This document shows positions 17,692 to 28,700 of a stretch of 64,000 nt of DNA, piece by piece. Position numbers and translations under genes: made by a program. The DNA comes from a virus. The notes under the pieces are model-generated. The model was not told the DNA's origin and searched no databases. It saw nothing but the letters and a program-made list of their open reading frames with translations. The stretch covers positions 45,935-109,934 of IMG/VR virus record IMGVR_UViG_3300028829_002760. One strand, 5' to 3'. The stretch's first letter is position 1. Each line of letters begins with the position of its first letter.

Positions 17692-18864
17692 ATGAGTGAT
17701 CAAACACAATTAAACGTAGGAGAATTAAAAGACTTTATTAAACACATGGTTAAGAATAACCAGCAAATACAAGCTGAAGGTAAAGTTCCTGTAGCTATTA
17801 ATATTGAAGGTGATGCGGGTCTTGGTAAGACTTCTGCTATTATGCAACTTGGTAATGAATTAGAAATGCAAGTTGTAAAGTTGAATTTATCACAGTTAGA
17901 AGAATTAGGTGACCTTGTTGGTTTTCCTGTAAAAGAATTTCAAATTCAAAATAAAGAAGGTCAAACTACTTGGATCAATGAATCTCAAATAAATGCGGCA
18001 AGTACAAAAGGTTACAAAGTAATTAGTAAAAGAATGTCTCATGCAGCACCTGAATGGATTGAAGGTAAAGGTGAAGGTGGGTTTTTAATTCTTGATGATT
18101 ATACTCGTGCTGATGCAAGATTTATGCAAGCAACTATGGAAATCTTAGATAGACAAGAATATGTCTCTTGGAAACTTCCAAAGAACTGGCATGTAATCTT
18201 AACTACTAATCCAGATAACGGAGACTATAATGTAACAAGTCTTGATGTAGCTCAGAAGACTAGATTTATATCTGTAGAGTTAAAATATGATGCTGAAATT
18301 TGGGCTAAGTGGGCAGAGCATGCAAGTATTGATGGTAGATGTATAAACTTTATGTTAATGCATCCAGAATTAGTTACTCAAAGAGTAAATCCAAGATCTA
18401 TTACTACATTTTTTAATGCAATTAGTTCTGTTGGGAAGTTTGATGAAGAACTCCCTCTTATTCAAATGATCGGTGAAGGTTCTGTTGGTGTTGATTTTAG
18501 TTCAATCTTTACTAGCTTTATTAATAATAAGCTAGATAAGATTATTGGTCCTAAAGACATCCTGGAAAAAGATGAACAATATGTATTAAATACATTAGTA
18601 TCTGCTGTGGGTAAAGATGATGCATTTAGAGCTGATATTTCTAGTGTTATTGCTACCCGTGTAATTAACTATTCTTTAACTTTAGCTGAGAAAGGTTCAA
18701 TAGGAAAAGACGTAATTGATAGATTAGCATTACTTTCTACAGAATCTGAGTCTTTTACAGATGATCTAAAATACTATATGATTAAAGAAATAGTAAACGG
18801 AAACAAATCTAAATTCCAGAAATTGATGATGAATCAAAAGGTGGTGAAGATGGCTGTAAAGTAA
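17692..18864 (+). CDS. MoxR-like AAA+ ATPase
   Basis: GDAGLGKT, DLVGFP, LILDDYTR, TTNP, LDVAQKTRF, NPRS; adjacent to the vWA gene. Confidence 0.85.
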   Translation: MSDQTQLNVGELKDFIKHMVKNNQQIQAEGKVPVAINIEGDAGLGKTSAIMQLGNELEMQVVKLNLSQLEELGDLVGFPVKEFQIQNKEGQTTWINESQINAASTKGYKVISKRMSHAAPEWIEGKGEGGFLILDDYTRADARFMQATMEILDRQEYVSWKLPKNWHVILTTNPDNGDYNVTSLDVAQKTRFISVELKYDAEIWAKWAEHASIDGRCINFMLMHPELVTQRVNPRSITTFFNAISSVGKFDEELPLIQMIGEGSVGVDFSSIFTSFINNKLDKIIGPKDILEKDEQYVLNTLVSAVGKDDAFRADISSVIATRVINYSLTLAEKGSIGKDVIDRLALLSTESESFTDDLKYYMIKEIVNGNKSKFQKLMMNQKVVKMAVK

Positions 18865-18919
18865 ATCAACCATAGAAGGTTACCACTTTAAAGAATCAAA
18901 ATTATAATTAAAAACTAAG

Positions 18920-18950
18920 ATAAAGGGGGGTAATTCCCCCTTTATTTATT
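18920..18950 (+). terminator. Rho-independent terminator
   Basis: ATAAAGGGGGG-TAAT-TCCCCCTTTAT hairpin with T-rich tail. Confidence 0.8.
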
Positions 18951-18961
18951 AATAAATAAAA

Positions 18962-20278
18962 ATGACAAAAGCTTTTAAATTATCTATATCATGTGATTCA
19001 GATCTTAACTCTGTTGATTGGATTGAATGTAACACATTTATTATTGAGGATGATAATAAAAACATACTCGATATATCTGAAAAAGAATATATTCCTACAA
19101 AAGGAGACAAGTTTTATTTCTTACCTGGTGTAAGTATACCAAGAGTAAAACTGAAGGATTTAACAAAGGATTATGGTATAAAAAGTACCAGATTATTAAA
19201 AGATGCAACGCATATATTTGCAGGTAGAAGTACTACAAATAAAGTTTGTGAAAGACTATGGTCATATAGAATACCTACATCAGCAATTGAAATGTTATAC
19301 AATCATCTAAAAGAAAAAGAACTTGATAAGTATTACTTAGAAAAACTTGAAACTGCATTATTATATAATGAACATGACTTTGTATATATAGATTATAGTG
19401 TAGCTGGAATATTTAGAAATAATCAAACTGAAATTTTTGAAACGATTCGTGAAACACCAGAAATATTGAATCTTTTAAAAGGTAGTGATTACATAACTAC
19501 AATAGACTCTGATTATGTAGAAGATTTACTTGAAATAGAATCTTTGCAAATACCTATTCTAGATGAATCAGAACTATTAAAACATATAAATGGTGAAGAT
19601 GCTACTACTATAGATGAGGATGTGTATTCACAACTTAAAACTATGTTTGATAGTAGTGATACTGATAATCATATATTAGCAATGGAAATTCTAGCAAATT
19701 CAAATTACATAGATAGTTTGATGTATATAGAAATGTTATTTAAAACTCATGCGTTTTGTATGGAAGGATCTAGAACTAAAAATCATGTGAATTTTAAAGG
19801 TTTATTAGCATTTTTAGGTAAAGATAGAAGTAATATGAGTACATCAATAGATGACATCGTAAATTCTTTACGTCTTAATAATGTATTAACTATAGATAAG
19901 TTAAAGTATTTATTAAATGAATATTCTGATGAAATATCTAACGGGGGTAGTACAGAGGTGTTTAAAATTAAAACAATAACTGTTAATGAAGATATACTAA
20001 AAGAAATAGATCATAATTTTAAGTATAAATTAATTGATGATTATGTTTCTGAAAATAGTGCTGAATTATTTGATGAAAATGCAGAGTATCATAAACTTCA
20101 GCCTGAAAATGAAGATGAGATCCTAGAAGAGGTAATTGAAAATAACACTAATGAAGATACTATAGATCCATTAGACGTTAATCAAGATACAGTAGACATA
20201 ATAGAAGTTAATGAAATTACAGGACCGTCCCTGGAAACAAATACAAATAATGATGAACAAAACTTTGATTGGTTCTGA
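18962..20278 (+). CDS. Hypothetical protein with BRCT-like N-terminal segment and acidic tail
   Basis: FYFLPGVSIPRVKLKDL...GIKSTR..KDATHIF is BRCT-like; ends NFDWF. Confidence 0.6.
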   Translation: MTKAFKLSISCDSDLNSVDWIECNTFIIEDDNKNILDISEKEYIPTKGDKFYFLPGVSIPRVKLKDLTKDYGIKSTRLLKDATHIFAGRSTTNKVCERLWSYRIPTSAIEMLYNHLKEKELDKYYLEKLETALLYNEHDFVYIDYSVAGIFRNNQTEIFETIRETPEILNLLKGSDYITTIDSDYVEDLLEIESLQIPILDESELLKHINGEDATTIDEDVYSQLKTMFDSSDTDNHILAMEILANSNYIDSLMYIEMLFKTHAFCMEGSRTKNHVNFKGLLAFLGKDRSNMSTSIDDIVNSLRLNNVLTIDKLKYLLNEYSDEISNGGSTEVFKIKTITVNEDILKEIDHNFKYKLIDDYVSENSAELFDENAEYHKLQPENEDEILEEVIENNTNEDTIDPLDVNQDTVDIIEVNEITGPSLETNTNNDEQNFDWF

Positions 20279-21287
20279 AGAGCTCGACAAGTTCTATAAA
20301 GATAAATTTTATTTTAGTTATAGTGGTTTAAATAAACTACTATACTCCCCTACATTGTTTTATACTCATTATATACTCAGAGAAAGAGAAGATAGTGTTG
20401 ACCCCCACCTCGTAGGAGGTAGGGTCTTACACTGTTTACTATTTGAGCCTGATAAATATGATGAAAACTTTATTTCCTTAAATGGAAAACTGCCAACTGA
20501 TAGCCAAAGAAAAATTATTGATAATATTTTTAGAAATTACTTAAATATTGAAAATAATTATTTACTTTTGGAAGACTACTCACAAGATATACTTACAGAA
20601 TTACTTTACGCAAATCTTTATCAATCATTAAAAGATACCAAAGATGGTACTGGTGATGAGAAACGTTTAAAAAAGATTCTTACACAAGAAAATAAAGAAT
20701 ACTTTAAATTTCTTATAAATAGTCAAGGTAAAACTATAGTAGATCAGCCAACTTTAGATAGTTCTAAAGAACGGGTTGAGATACTAAAAAATAATAGTGA
20801 TGTAAGAGCATTACTACAACTTGACAAAACTACAGAAGATACTCATATAGAAGTTTATAATGAACTATTTCATAAAATGGATCACGAAAAGTTACCTTTT
20901 GGTTTACACGGTGTTCTAGATAATGTTGTAGTTGACTCAGATTCTAAGACAATATTTATTAATGACTTAAAAACAACTGGTAAATCAATTGGAGATTTTG
21001 CTGATGCTGTTGAATATTACAAATATTGGATACAAGGTGCTATATATTTTATATTAGCAGGCAACAAATTTTTAAAAGATTTACCAAACCCTGACACTTG
21101 GAATATACAGGTTACGTTTATTGTAATAGATAAATATAATTTAGTGTACCCTTTTCAAGTTTCAGAAGAAACTATGAGTGTATGGAATACAAATTTTCTT
21201 GAAATTATTAATATTGCCACATGGCATTATGATAACAAAAGATATGATCTTCCATATGAATTAGCAAAAGGTAACTTTAAATTGTAA
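20250..21287 (+). CDS. PD-(D/E)xK exonuclease (RecE/exonuclease VIII-like)
   Basis: FSYSGL, G...HCLLFEP, GVLD.....INDLKTT, YWIQGAIY. ORF track start is 20211; MMNKT near 20250 is more likely. Confidence 0.8.
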   Translation: MMNKTLIGSEELDKFYKDKFYFSYSGLNKLLYSPTLFYTHYILREREDSVDPHLVGGRVLHCLLFEPDKYDENFISLNGKLPTDSQRKIIDNIFRNYLNIENNYLLLEDYSQDILTELLYANLYQSLKDTKDGTGDEKRLKKILTQENKEYFKFLINSQGKTIVDQPTLDSSKERVEILKNNSDVRALLQLDKTTEDTHIEVYNELFHKMDHEKLPFGLHGVLDNVVVDSDSKTIFINDLKTTGKSIGDFADAVEYYKYWIQGAIYFILAGNKFLKDLPNPDTWNIQVTFIVIDKYNLVYPFQVSEETMSVWNTNFLEIINIATWHYDNKRYDLPYELAKGNFKL

Positions 21288-21295
21288 AATAAACT

Positions 21296-21892
21296 ATGGC
21301 TTTAACTTCTATTTATAGTAAATACTTTCAAAAGTCAAAAGTGTTTTTATATCCACTTTTAGGCATTAAACGAGGTTTAAGTGTTGTTCCCAAAGAAACA
21401 TATATAGCTTGGGAAGGGCACTACAAACCTGAAGATATGAAACTAATATGTGTTTATGATTATAGAAAAGATGAAGAATATCAAAAGATTGAAAAGAATC
21501 TTCTTTTAGAACACAATAGATTATCTGATTATAAAAGAGTTAAAAAAGAAGCTATTATTGTATTTGATTTTTCTGATTTAGATGACAACTGGTTTCATTT
21601 TATAAATGGTAAGTTTAGTCAGATAGAAATAAAAGTCAAACAGAAAATTTTAGGATTTTTTGATGTACATGGTGGAAATTATGCTTATATGCATAGTTAT
21701 TTAATACCTGAAAAATATTATGATAATTATTCAGAAATTTTAGGTATAGACACTGAAGTATTAAAAGAAGTTGTAGAATTATGTGACAAACCAAACATTA
21801 ATAAGGAAACATTGATTTTAGATATTGCTGATTTAAATAACATACAAGAAAATAATTTGTTAAATTTGACAAAACCAAAAGAAAATGAGTAA
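21296..21892 (+). CDS. Hypothetical protein
   Basis: 198-aa ORF. Confidence 0.75.
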   Translation: MALTSIYSKYFQKSKVFLYPLLGIKRGLSVVPKETYIAWEGHYKPEDMKLICVYDYRKDEEYQKIEKNLLLEHNRLSDYKRVKKEAIIVFDFSDLDDNWFHFINGKFSQIEIKVKQKILGFFDVHGGNYAYMHSYLIPEKYYDNYSEILGIDTEVLKEVVELCDKPNINKETLILDIADLNNIQENNLLNLTKPKENE

Positions 21893-22250
21893 ATCAATGA
21901 TGCTAGTAAAATCATCTTGGCAAGATGATGAGACATTTAAACTAATGCCTATCACCGAATCATGTCCATATGTAGAATGTATTTTTGATCCACAATCAAA
22001 AGTTTTTGTGGTAATATCAAAAATTGTAAAGTCAAGTCTACACATGCTACCTAAGTTAGATGATTATGGTCAACCAATGAGTGGTGCAAAAGGCGGCAAA
22101 CAAACAAGAAATAAAATAGATGTATTTCAAGAATTTTATATTGGAGATACAGAAGCAATAGAAGAAATAATTAATTTATTTGCAATAAATTCAGAAAAAT
22201 TTGATTATAAGTCTTTTATGAAAAAAAAGAAAATAACAGAAAAAAAGTAA
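21885..22250 (+). CDS. Hypothetical protein
   Basis: 121-aa ORF followed by a terminator. Confidence 0.75.
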   Translation: MSKSMMLVKSSWQDDETFKLMPITESCPYVECIFDPQSKVFVVISKIVKSSLHMLPKLDDYGQPMSGAKGGKQTRNKIDVFQEFYIGDTEAIEEIINLFAINSEKFDYKSFMKKKKITEKK

Positions 22251-22268
22251 CTATTTACAGATATAGTG

Positions 22269-22303
22269 AAAGAGAGGGTAAATTACATACCCTCTCTTTT
22301 TTT
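22269..22303 (+). terminator. Rho-independent terminator
   Basis: AAAGAGAGGGTA-AATTACA-TACCCTCTCTTT plus T tract. Confidence 0.9.
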
Positions 22304-22341
22304 CACTAAAATTGGGGGAACAGCTTAACTGAACAAATCTT

Positions 22342-24276
22342 ATGAGAACACATTGGGTAATGGACTATGAAACTATGGCCAATTTATATGTAGCCGTGTT
22401 TCAAGATTATGTTTCTAACGAAACACACATTTTCAAAATACATTCTTCTTTATATAACGATATCAAACCTTTAATAAAGTTTCTTAAAAGAAATAAAAGT
22501 CTTAAAGAGAAACATATATCTTTTAATGGATTATCATTTGACTCTCAGATAACTGAGTTTATTATGAGAAATTCTAATAGATTAATTAAAATGGATCAAG
22601 CAGATATTGTTGATGAGATTTATGCAACTGCACAAGAAACAATAGAACTAAGTAATAGTGGTGAGTTTTCTAAGTATCCTGAATGGAAATTAAGTATTGA
22701 TCAAATTGACGTATTTAAAATTAATCACTGGGATAACCGTAATAAAAGAACAAGTTTAAAATGGACTCAGTTTAGTATGGATTGGCCCAACTTACAAGAC
22801 ATGCCAATTCATCATACTACTAAAGTGACTACTATTGAAGAGATAGATATGATTACTGACTATTGTATAAATGATGTAGAATCAACTAAAAAGATTTTAC
22901 ATTTATCTAAACCCCTAATTAATGTAAGAAGAAAAATTAAAGAAAAGTATGGTCTTGAATGTATGAATTTTTCTAATACTAAACTTGGATCACAATTATT
23001 ATTAGGACTTTATTGTAATGCAACAGAACGTGAGAAAAGAGAAGTAAAAGATTTAAGGACATATAGAAATGGCATTCCTATAAAAGATATTTTATTTGAT
23101 TATATATCATTTCAAACTGCACCTTTTCAAACTTTTCTAGAAAAATTAAAAAATAAAACAATTTACAATACTAAAAGTGACTTTAAATTTAAACTTAAAT
23201 TCAAAGGATATGATTTTTATTATGGTGCGGGTGGTATTCACCAATGCATTAAACCAGATAAATACCTTGCTGAAGGTGATATTATAATTAAAGACTTAGA
23301 TGTTGCATCACTATATCCTAGTATTGCTTGTATGAATAACATGTCTCCTGCTCATTTAGGAGATGAGTTTTTTCAAGTTTATAAAAAAGATATTGTTGAT
23401 GTCAGACTTGCAGAAAAACAAAAATCTAAAGAAGACAGAGATGTTGCTATTATTGAAGGATTTAAAGAAGCCGCTAATGCATCTTATGGTAATAGTAATA
23501 GTGAATATTCTTGGTTATTTGATCCTCAATATACTATGCAAACAACCATTAATGGTCAGTTGTTATTAAGTATGCTTGTTGAAGATATACTAATTAACAT
23601 ACCTGACTCAGTATTATTACAAACTAATACTGATGGTGCAACTTTCCAGTTTGATAAAAAATATATAGACAAATACAATCAGATTTGTAAATTATGGGAA
23701 GAGAAAACTAAATTAGTTCTTGAGTTTGCAGATTATTCTGCAATGTATATCTGGGATGTAAATAATTATATTAGTGTTTATACTAATGGAAATACCAAAT
23801 GTAAAGGTAGATTTGAGTGGGAAGATTTACAAAATCATAAATACACTCACTTACATAAAAATAAAAGTCATCTAGTTGTAGCAAAAGCTATTTATAATTA
23901 TTTTGTAAATGGACTTGATCCTGAAACTTATGTAAAAAAACACAATAATATTTATGATTTTTGCGCAGGTGTTAAAATTAAAGGAAACTGGACATTTTAT
24001 AGATCTGCAATTGAAGAAAATAAACATGTATATGAATCTCTACAAAAAACTCTGAGGTATTATGTATCCAATAAAGGTTCTAAAATCTTAAAAATTAATA
24101 ATAGTGATAAAAGAGAAATACAAGTAGAAGCGGGAAGATGGCAACAAACTATTTTTAATAATTACATAGAAAAGCCATTTGAAGAATATGATATAAATTA
24201 TGATTATTATCTAGGAAATATAAAGAAAGAAATAGAAATCCTAGAACCTATATTTAAGCAATTAAAATTATTTTAA
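22342..24276 (+). CDS. Family B DNA polymerase with 3'-5' exonuclease
   Basis: ExoI DYET, ExoII FNGLSFD, ExoIII YCINDV; motif A DVASLYPS, B KEAANASYG, C NTDG. Confidence 0.92.
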   Translation: MRTHWVMDYETMANLYVAVFQDYVSNETHIFKIHSSLYNDIKPLIKFLKRNKSLKEKHISFNGLSFDSQITEFIMRNSNRLIKMDQADIVDEIYATAQETIELSNSGEFSKYPEWKLSIDQIDVFKINHWDNRNKRTSLKWTQFSMDWPNLQDMPIHHTTKVTTIEEIDMITDYCINDVESTKKILHLSKPLINVRRKIKEKYGLECMNFSNTKLGSQLLLGLYCNATEREKREVKDLRTYRNGIPIKDILFDYISFQTAPFQTFLEKLKNKTIYNTKSDFKFKLKFKGYDFYYGAGGIHQCIKPDKYLAEGDIIIKDLDVASLYPSIACMNNMSPAHLGDEFFQVYKKDIVDVRLAEKQKSKEDRDVAIIEGFKEAANASYGNSNSEYSWLFDPQYTMQTTINGQLLLSMLVEDILINIPDSVLLQTNTDGATFQFDKKYIDKYNQICKLWEEKTKLVLEFADYSAMYIWDVNNYISVYTNGNTKCKGRFEWEDLQNHKYTHLHKNKSHLVVAKAIYNYFVNGLDPETYVKKHNNIYDFCAGVKIKGNWTFYRSAIEENKHVYESLQKTLRYYVSNKGSKILKINNSDKREIQVEAGRWQQTIFNNYIEKPFEEYDINYDYYLGNIKKEIEILEPIFKQLKLF

Positions 24277-24277
24277 C

Positions 24278-25531
24278 ATGCCAAGAAAAATTGAAAATAC
24301 AACAAAAGCACACTTAATTAGTGTGCCATTACCACAACATGGTGCTACTTATACTGTAATTAGTCATCAATTTGTTATGGATTATGCAGTTCAGCAGCTA
24401 CAAACTGCTGGATTTACTATTTCAGATGCACAGTACAGATGTACTGCTGATGGACAGATTGCTCAAGGTATCTATAGATTAAGTTATAATCAAGATCCTG
24501 AGTTATCAATGATGTTTGCTTGGACAAACAGTTATAACAAACAAGTAAAATTTAAGTGTGTAGTTGGTGCTTATATAAATAACACAGGATCCGTGATGGT
24601 ATCAGGTGATATTGGTAATTGGGTTAGAAAACATACAGGTACTGCAGACACTGAAACTAAAGATACTATAGATGATTATATTACTAATGCACATATGTAT
24701 TATAATCAATTATTATCTGATAAAAAAGTTATGGAATCAATAGATCTTAATAGGAGAAAACAATCTCAATTATTAGGTGTGTTGTTTGCTGAATATGAAA
24801 TCCTTACTACAGAACAAGCAAGTATGGTTAGAGACCAAATGAAAAAACCTTTACATGTATTTGCAAGCTCTGATAGTTTATGGGCATTTTATAATTATGT
24901 AACCGTAGCTCTTCAGAAATCTCATCCTAGAACTTGGATGGAAGATCAAAGAATTCTACATTTCTTTATATCTACAATTGGAAAATTTGAAACAATAGCA
25001 CAGCCTCAAGTTTCACAACCTGTAACGACTCCTGTTATTGAAAATAATACAAATGAAGACACTGAAGAATTTGTAGACCCAAATCAAACATCAATTTTAG
25101 ATCAGATTGATTCAGTAGATGTAGAAGAAGCTGACGAAGAAGTTGGTGAACTTATAGTTACTGGAGATGCTGTACTTGATACAGAAGAAAATGTAGTTGA
25201 TCTTGATGCTGAAGAAGATGTTACATCTGATAACGATGATAATTGGGATTTAGAAAACCCCGTATATGATGAAGATCAGATTGCAGAACGTATCAGAGAA
25301 GATAAAGCAAGAGAACAAGAAGCTACAGAAGTTGTTGTTGAAGAAGCAACAGCAGAAGCTGATTTTAATGCTGATGTTGAAATGCAAGAGATAAAAACTG
25401 AAGAGGTTATTAAAGAAAAAATAACTGAAGATGAAGTTATAGATGAAAAATTTGCAATAAAAGATGATTTTAGTCTAGACTTCAATGAAGAAACTGATAG
25501 TGATCAGGATAACGTACCTGATTTCTTTTAG
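24278..25531 (+). CDS. DUF932-like protein with long acidic tail
   Basis: YTVISH...WTNSYNK...RKHTG...SLWAFYNYVT; about 170-aa Asp/Glu-rich tail ending PDFF. Confidence 0.6.
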   Translation: MPRKIENTTKAHLISVPLPQHGATYTVISHQFVMDYAVQQLQTAGFTISDAQYRCTADGQIAQGIYRLSYNQDPELSMMFAWTNSYNKQVKFKCVVGAYINNTGSVMVSGDIGNWVRKHTGTADTETKDTIDDYITNAHMYYNQLLSDKKVMESIDLNRRKQSQLLGVLFAEYEILTTEQASMVRDQMKKPLHVFASSDSLWAFYNYVTVALQKSHPRTWMEDQRILHFFISTIGKFETIAQPQVSQPVTTPVIENNTNEDTEEFVDPNQTSILDQIDSVDVEEADEEVGELIVTGDAVLDTEENVVDLDAEEDVTSDNDDNWDLENPVYDEDQIAERIREDKAREQEATEVVVEEATAEADFNADVEMQEIKTEEVIKEKITEDEVIDEKFAIKDDFSLDFNEETDSDQDNVPDFF

Positions 25532-25549
25532 TGTGTAAATTAATGTTTC

Positions 25550-25582
25550 AAAGGGAGCCCTAACGGGTTCCCTTTTTTTTTT
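25550..25582. terminator. Terminator between the converging blocks (probably bidirectional)
   Basis: AAAGGGAGCCC-TAAC-GGGTTCCCTTT hairpin with a T10 tract, between convergent stop codons. Confidence 0.85.
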
Positions 25583-25728
25583 CAGTCCCAATTAAACTGT
25601 ATACTTATTATTGTAAAGAATAATTCAAAAGTATGATAATTTTCTTCATCGTCAGGTTCTAAGTAACTCCAACCTAATAAACATCTTGAATGAGGCCATG
25701 TAATATGTATACGTATGTCATATCCCAT
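25582..25728 (-). CDS. Small hypothetical protein (48 aa)
   Basis: Hand-translated MGYDIRIHITWPHSRCLLGWSYLEPDDEENYHTFELFFTIISIQFNWD; TAATG coupling to the upstream giant gene; ends at the terminator. Confidence 0.6.
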   Translation of the reverse strand: MGYDIRIHITWPHSRCLLGWSYLEPDDEENYHTFELFFTIISIQFNWD

Positions 25729-28700
25729 TATTGTCCTAATCTAGTTTGTGATTTTATCATATTTTTTATAGTATATTCTGGATCTTCAGAAGAACCTGTA
25801 CGTCCAAATACTTTACGGAACTTAGCCCATATTTTAAGGTCTCCTTTTTCTTTCCAACTCATTGTACCTACATCTCTCTTGTATCTATCCATCTCAGAAA
25901 AAGTTACAAAGTCTAAAACGTCCCCCATTATATCTGCATAAAGAACTATTGTATTATACCAAGCACTAGTTGTTTGTGTTATCATTTTAGTATAATCATC
26001 CATACCCAGGTTAAGACCTTTTATAGATGGTAGTGGAACAAATGCAGATGACTCAGCTTGAGCACCCAGTATTAGTAAAAGCATATGGTTAGATAAAAAT
26101 CCATAAGTATTAAATGTATCTTGTCCATATGCACCTGATCTCTTTTTAATTTTATCCCATTTATCATCATCTTCTGGATCAAATCCAAATAACATTAAAG
26201 CAAGTAAACTTAATCCTATTACTGCCATTCCTTCCCCAGCCATTTTTCTTAGTGATACTTTTTCTTCTGTAGATAAGTAAGCTGCATTTCTACCTGCAGA
26301 TTTTATTGTTTTAACTAAGGCCTGAAATGCTGTAACATAAAAACCTTTACCATATGATGTAGTTGCCCAATCATATCGTTCCCCTCCACGAGTCCATGTT
26401 GCAGTTTTAGAATCAAATCCAAATCTATTCATAAACATTGGAGTAAACCATTTTCTCATAAAGAAAAACATTTTATAAAGTAGTAACTTATTACCTTCAG
26501 CTTGTCCTATTGCATCATATGTACCAAATAGTTTACGTGATGTACCTTGAATTCTATTTTTTAATCCAAGAAATTTTTCTGACTTAGCAATAATTATTTC
26601 TTGACCATCTTCTAACTGTACAGCAGTTTTAATTCTATTTTTAGCTTTAAGTTCTTCTACAGGTATGTAATACTTTTTAGCTATCTCTTCTAAAGTTTCC
26701 CCTCTTTGATACTCATGAAATACTGGAAGATTACTCCACCCAGGATGTATCCCAGACTTTAATCTAATAATACCTTCCGCATCTTTTTCCCAAGCATCTA
26801 TATATCTCATTGTTTTTTTAGTACCATCAGTAAGAAGTTGATCTATTTTTTGACCAAACATAAAGGCCCCAAATAGAGAAACAGACACTTGCATCTCACC
26901 AAATTTTCTGTGCATATACATCCACTCCCCATTAGCTAGATCTTTTATTAATGATCTTTCTATTTCTTTACCAAACTGATCTTTAGATTTAAATACAGGA
27001 TCAAAAAATTGAATTAATTGAGTAGAGATGGCCCCTGGTCCAGTTTGATAAATTCCTTTAGTAGTCCACTCTAACATGGATTTTTCTGCCCAAGGTCTTG
27101 CAAGTGCAAAATCTTTAAGTGTAATAAATTCAGCTCCTAAACCTTCAATAAGAACTTGAACATATGCTCCATACTTGTTTTTTAAATCCGATGGGATATT
27201 AACCGCGAGAGATCCCATTGCAGATAAACCTTGCAAAGTTCCCATCATTTTACCAAACACAGGATGAGTTTCTTCAATACCTTCTACCAATCTACCAAAG
27301 TATTCTCTTTCTATTAAAGATTTAACTTGACCTAATCTATTGTTAGTAGAAAATTTCTTTTTAGCTTTTTGCAGCTGTCCTTTTAAGTTAAAGATACCTT
27401 TATCAAATTTTTCTAATTCTTTAGGAGCATTAGCTGGATCTTCTAATGTATCTAAGATAGAGTTAACAAGAGGTAAGCTTTCTAATAATTTAGATTGTGT
27501 TTGTACAGACAATGCATATCTAAATAATCCACTGAATGTATCTGCATCAGTAATTTCTTGATCTATATTATATATACCTGAAACAGGAACATAAGTAATT
27601 TGATTACCATCAAGATTAGTATTTACTAAGTTATTTTTAGCATCATAATTAAAATCTAATTCAGCATCCACTTTTGTTTTTACAAAAGATTGTCTAACCC
27701 ATTCTTTTACATTTCTACCAAGCTCTCCAAATCTTTTACCATAAGTTCCTTTTTGCATAGCTTGCCAAATATCACCTCTTTTTAAAGCATATCTAGGCAT
27801 ATCTAAGTAAAGCTTACTATAATTACTTACACCTTCTTGATTAGCTAAATGATATTCTGTAATAGCATCAATTAATTTATATTCAGCGTTGTTAGCTGAT
27901 TTCATCTGGAAGTATTTTTCATTTATAAACCTTCCATCTTTAGCACTATACTTTTGACCTGGTTGATATAATCTAGGTAACCATTGATTTTTATTATCTA
28001 TATACTTACCTACATAATCTGCTTTTTTAGCACCAAATGGTATAGTTCTGTATTCATCTTTAACTTCATTTCTTGAATGTCTAATACCAGGAGCTCCTTT
28101 TAATAAAATTGGCTCACCTGTATTTTTATCAATGATTTCAGTAAACTTAATGTATTTTTCATCAGTTGGTGATGATACGTTATTTGCAGAGGTTCTTTTA
28201 AAATAACTTTCATATGCTTTAGTTTCTCTATTATACTTTTGTATTGTATAATGATTTATTTCAAACCACTCTCTAAGCTTTTGATCTTCTTCTAATAGTT
28301 CTTGAAACTCATCTCCATTAACTACATCTTCAACTTCATCTTCTGATACTTCTTCTATATCTAATCTTGATAAATTATAGTTTAATGCTTCCATGTAATA
28401 TATAGTAGGAAGTTTCTCAGTCATTGATCCTAACTCAGCTATAATTTGATTCATTCTAGTAACATCCTGTCCAGATATACCAGTCTCTTCTACTTTATCA
28501 AGTAAATAAAAATATCTTTCTGCTTCAGGACTTCCACTTTCCAATGCACCGTCCGTGGCTTTTTGTGATAATCTATTAAACTCATCTGCATCATCTCTAG
28601 TTAATCCAGTTCTACTATCTATATTTGCTCTATAATCAGATATTTCTTGTTCTAGATCTCTAACTCTTTCAAGTCTATCATTACCCATATCAGAACTGTT

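Noticed and set aside
22304-22341. T4 gene-43-like operator hairpin before the DNA polymerase (CAG-CTTAA-CTG)
   Set aside because: Only a 3-bp stem; not supportable without comparative data.
1187-23569. Short alternative-frame or antisense ORFs in the early block (1187, 10642, 11604, 12343, 16833, 16897, 21727, 21860, 23363)
   Set aside because: They overlap well-supported genes almost entirely and look like shadow translations.
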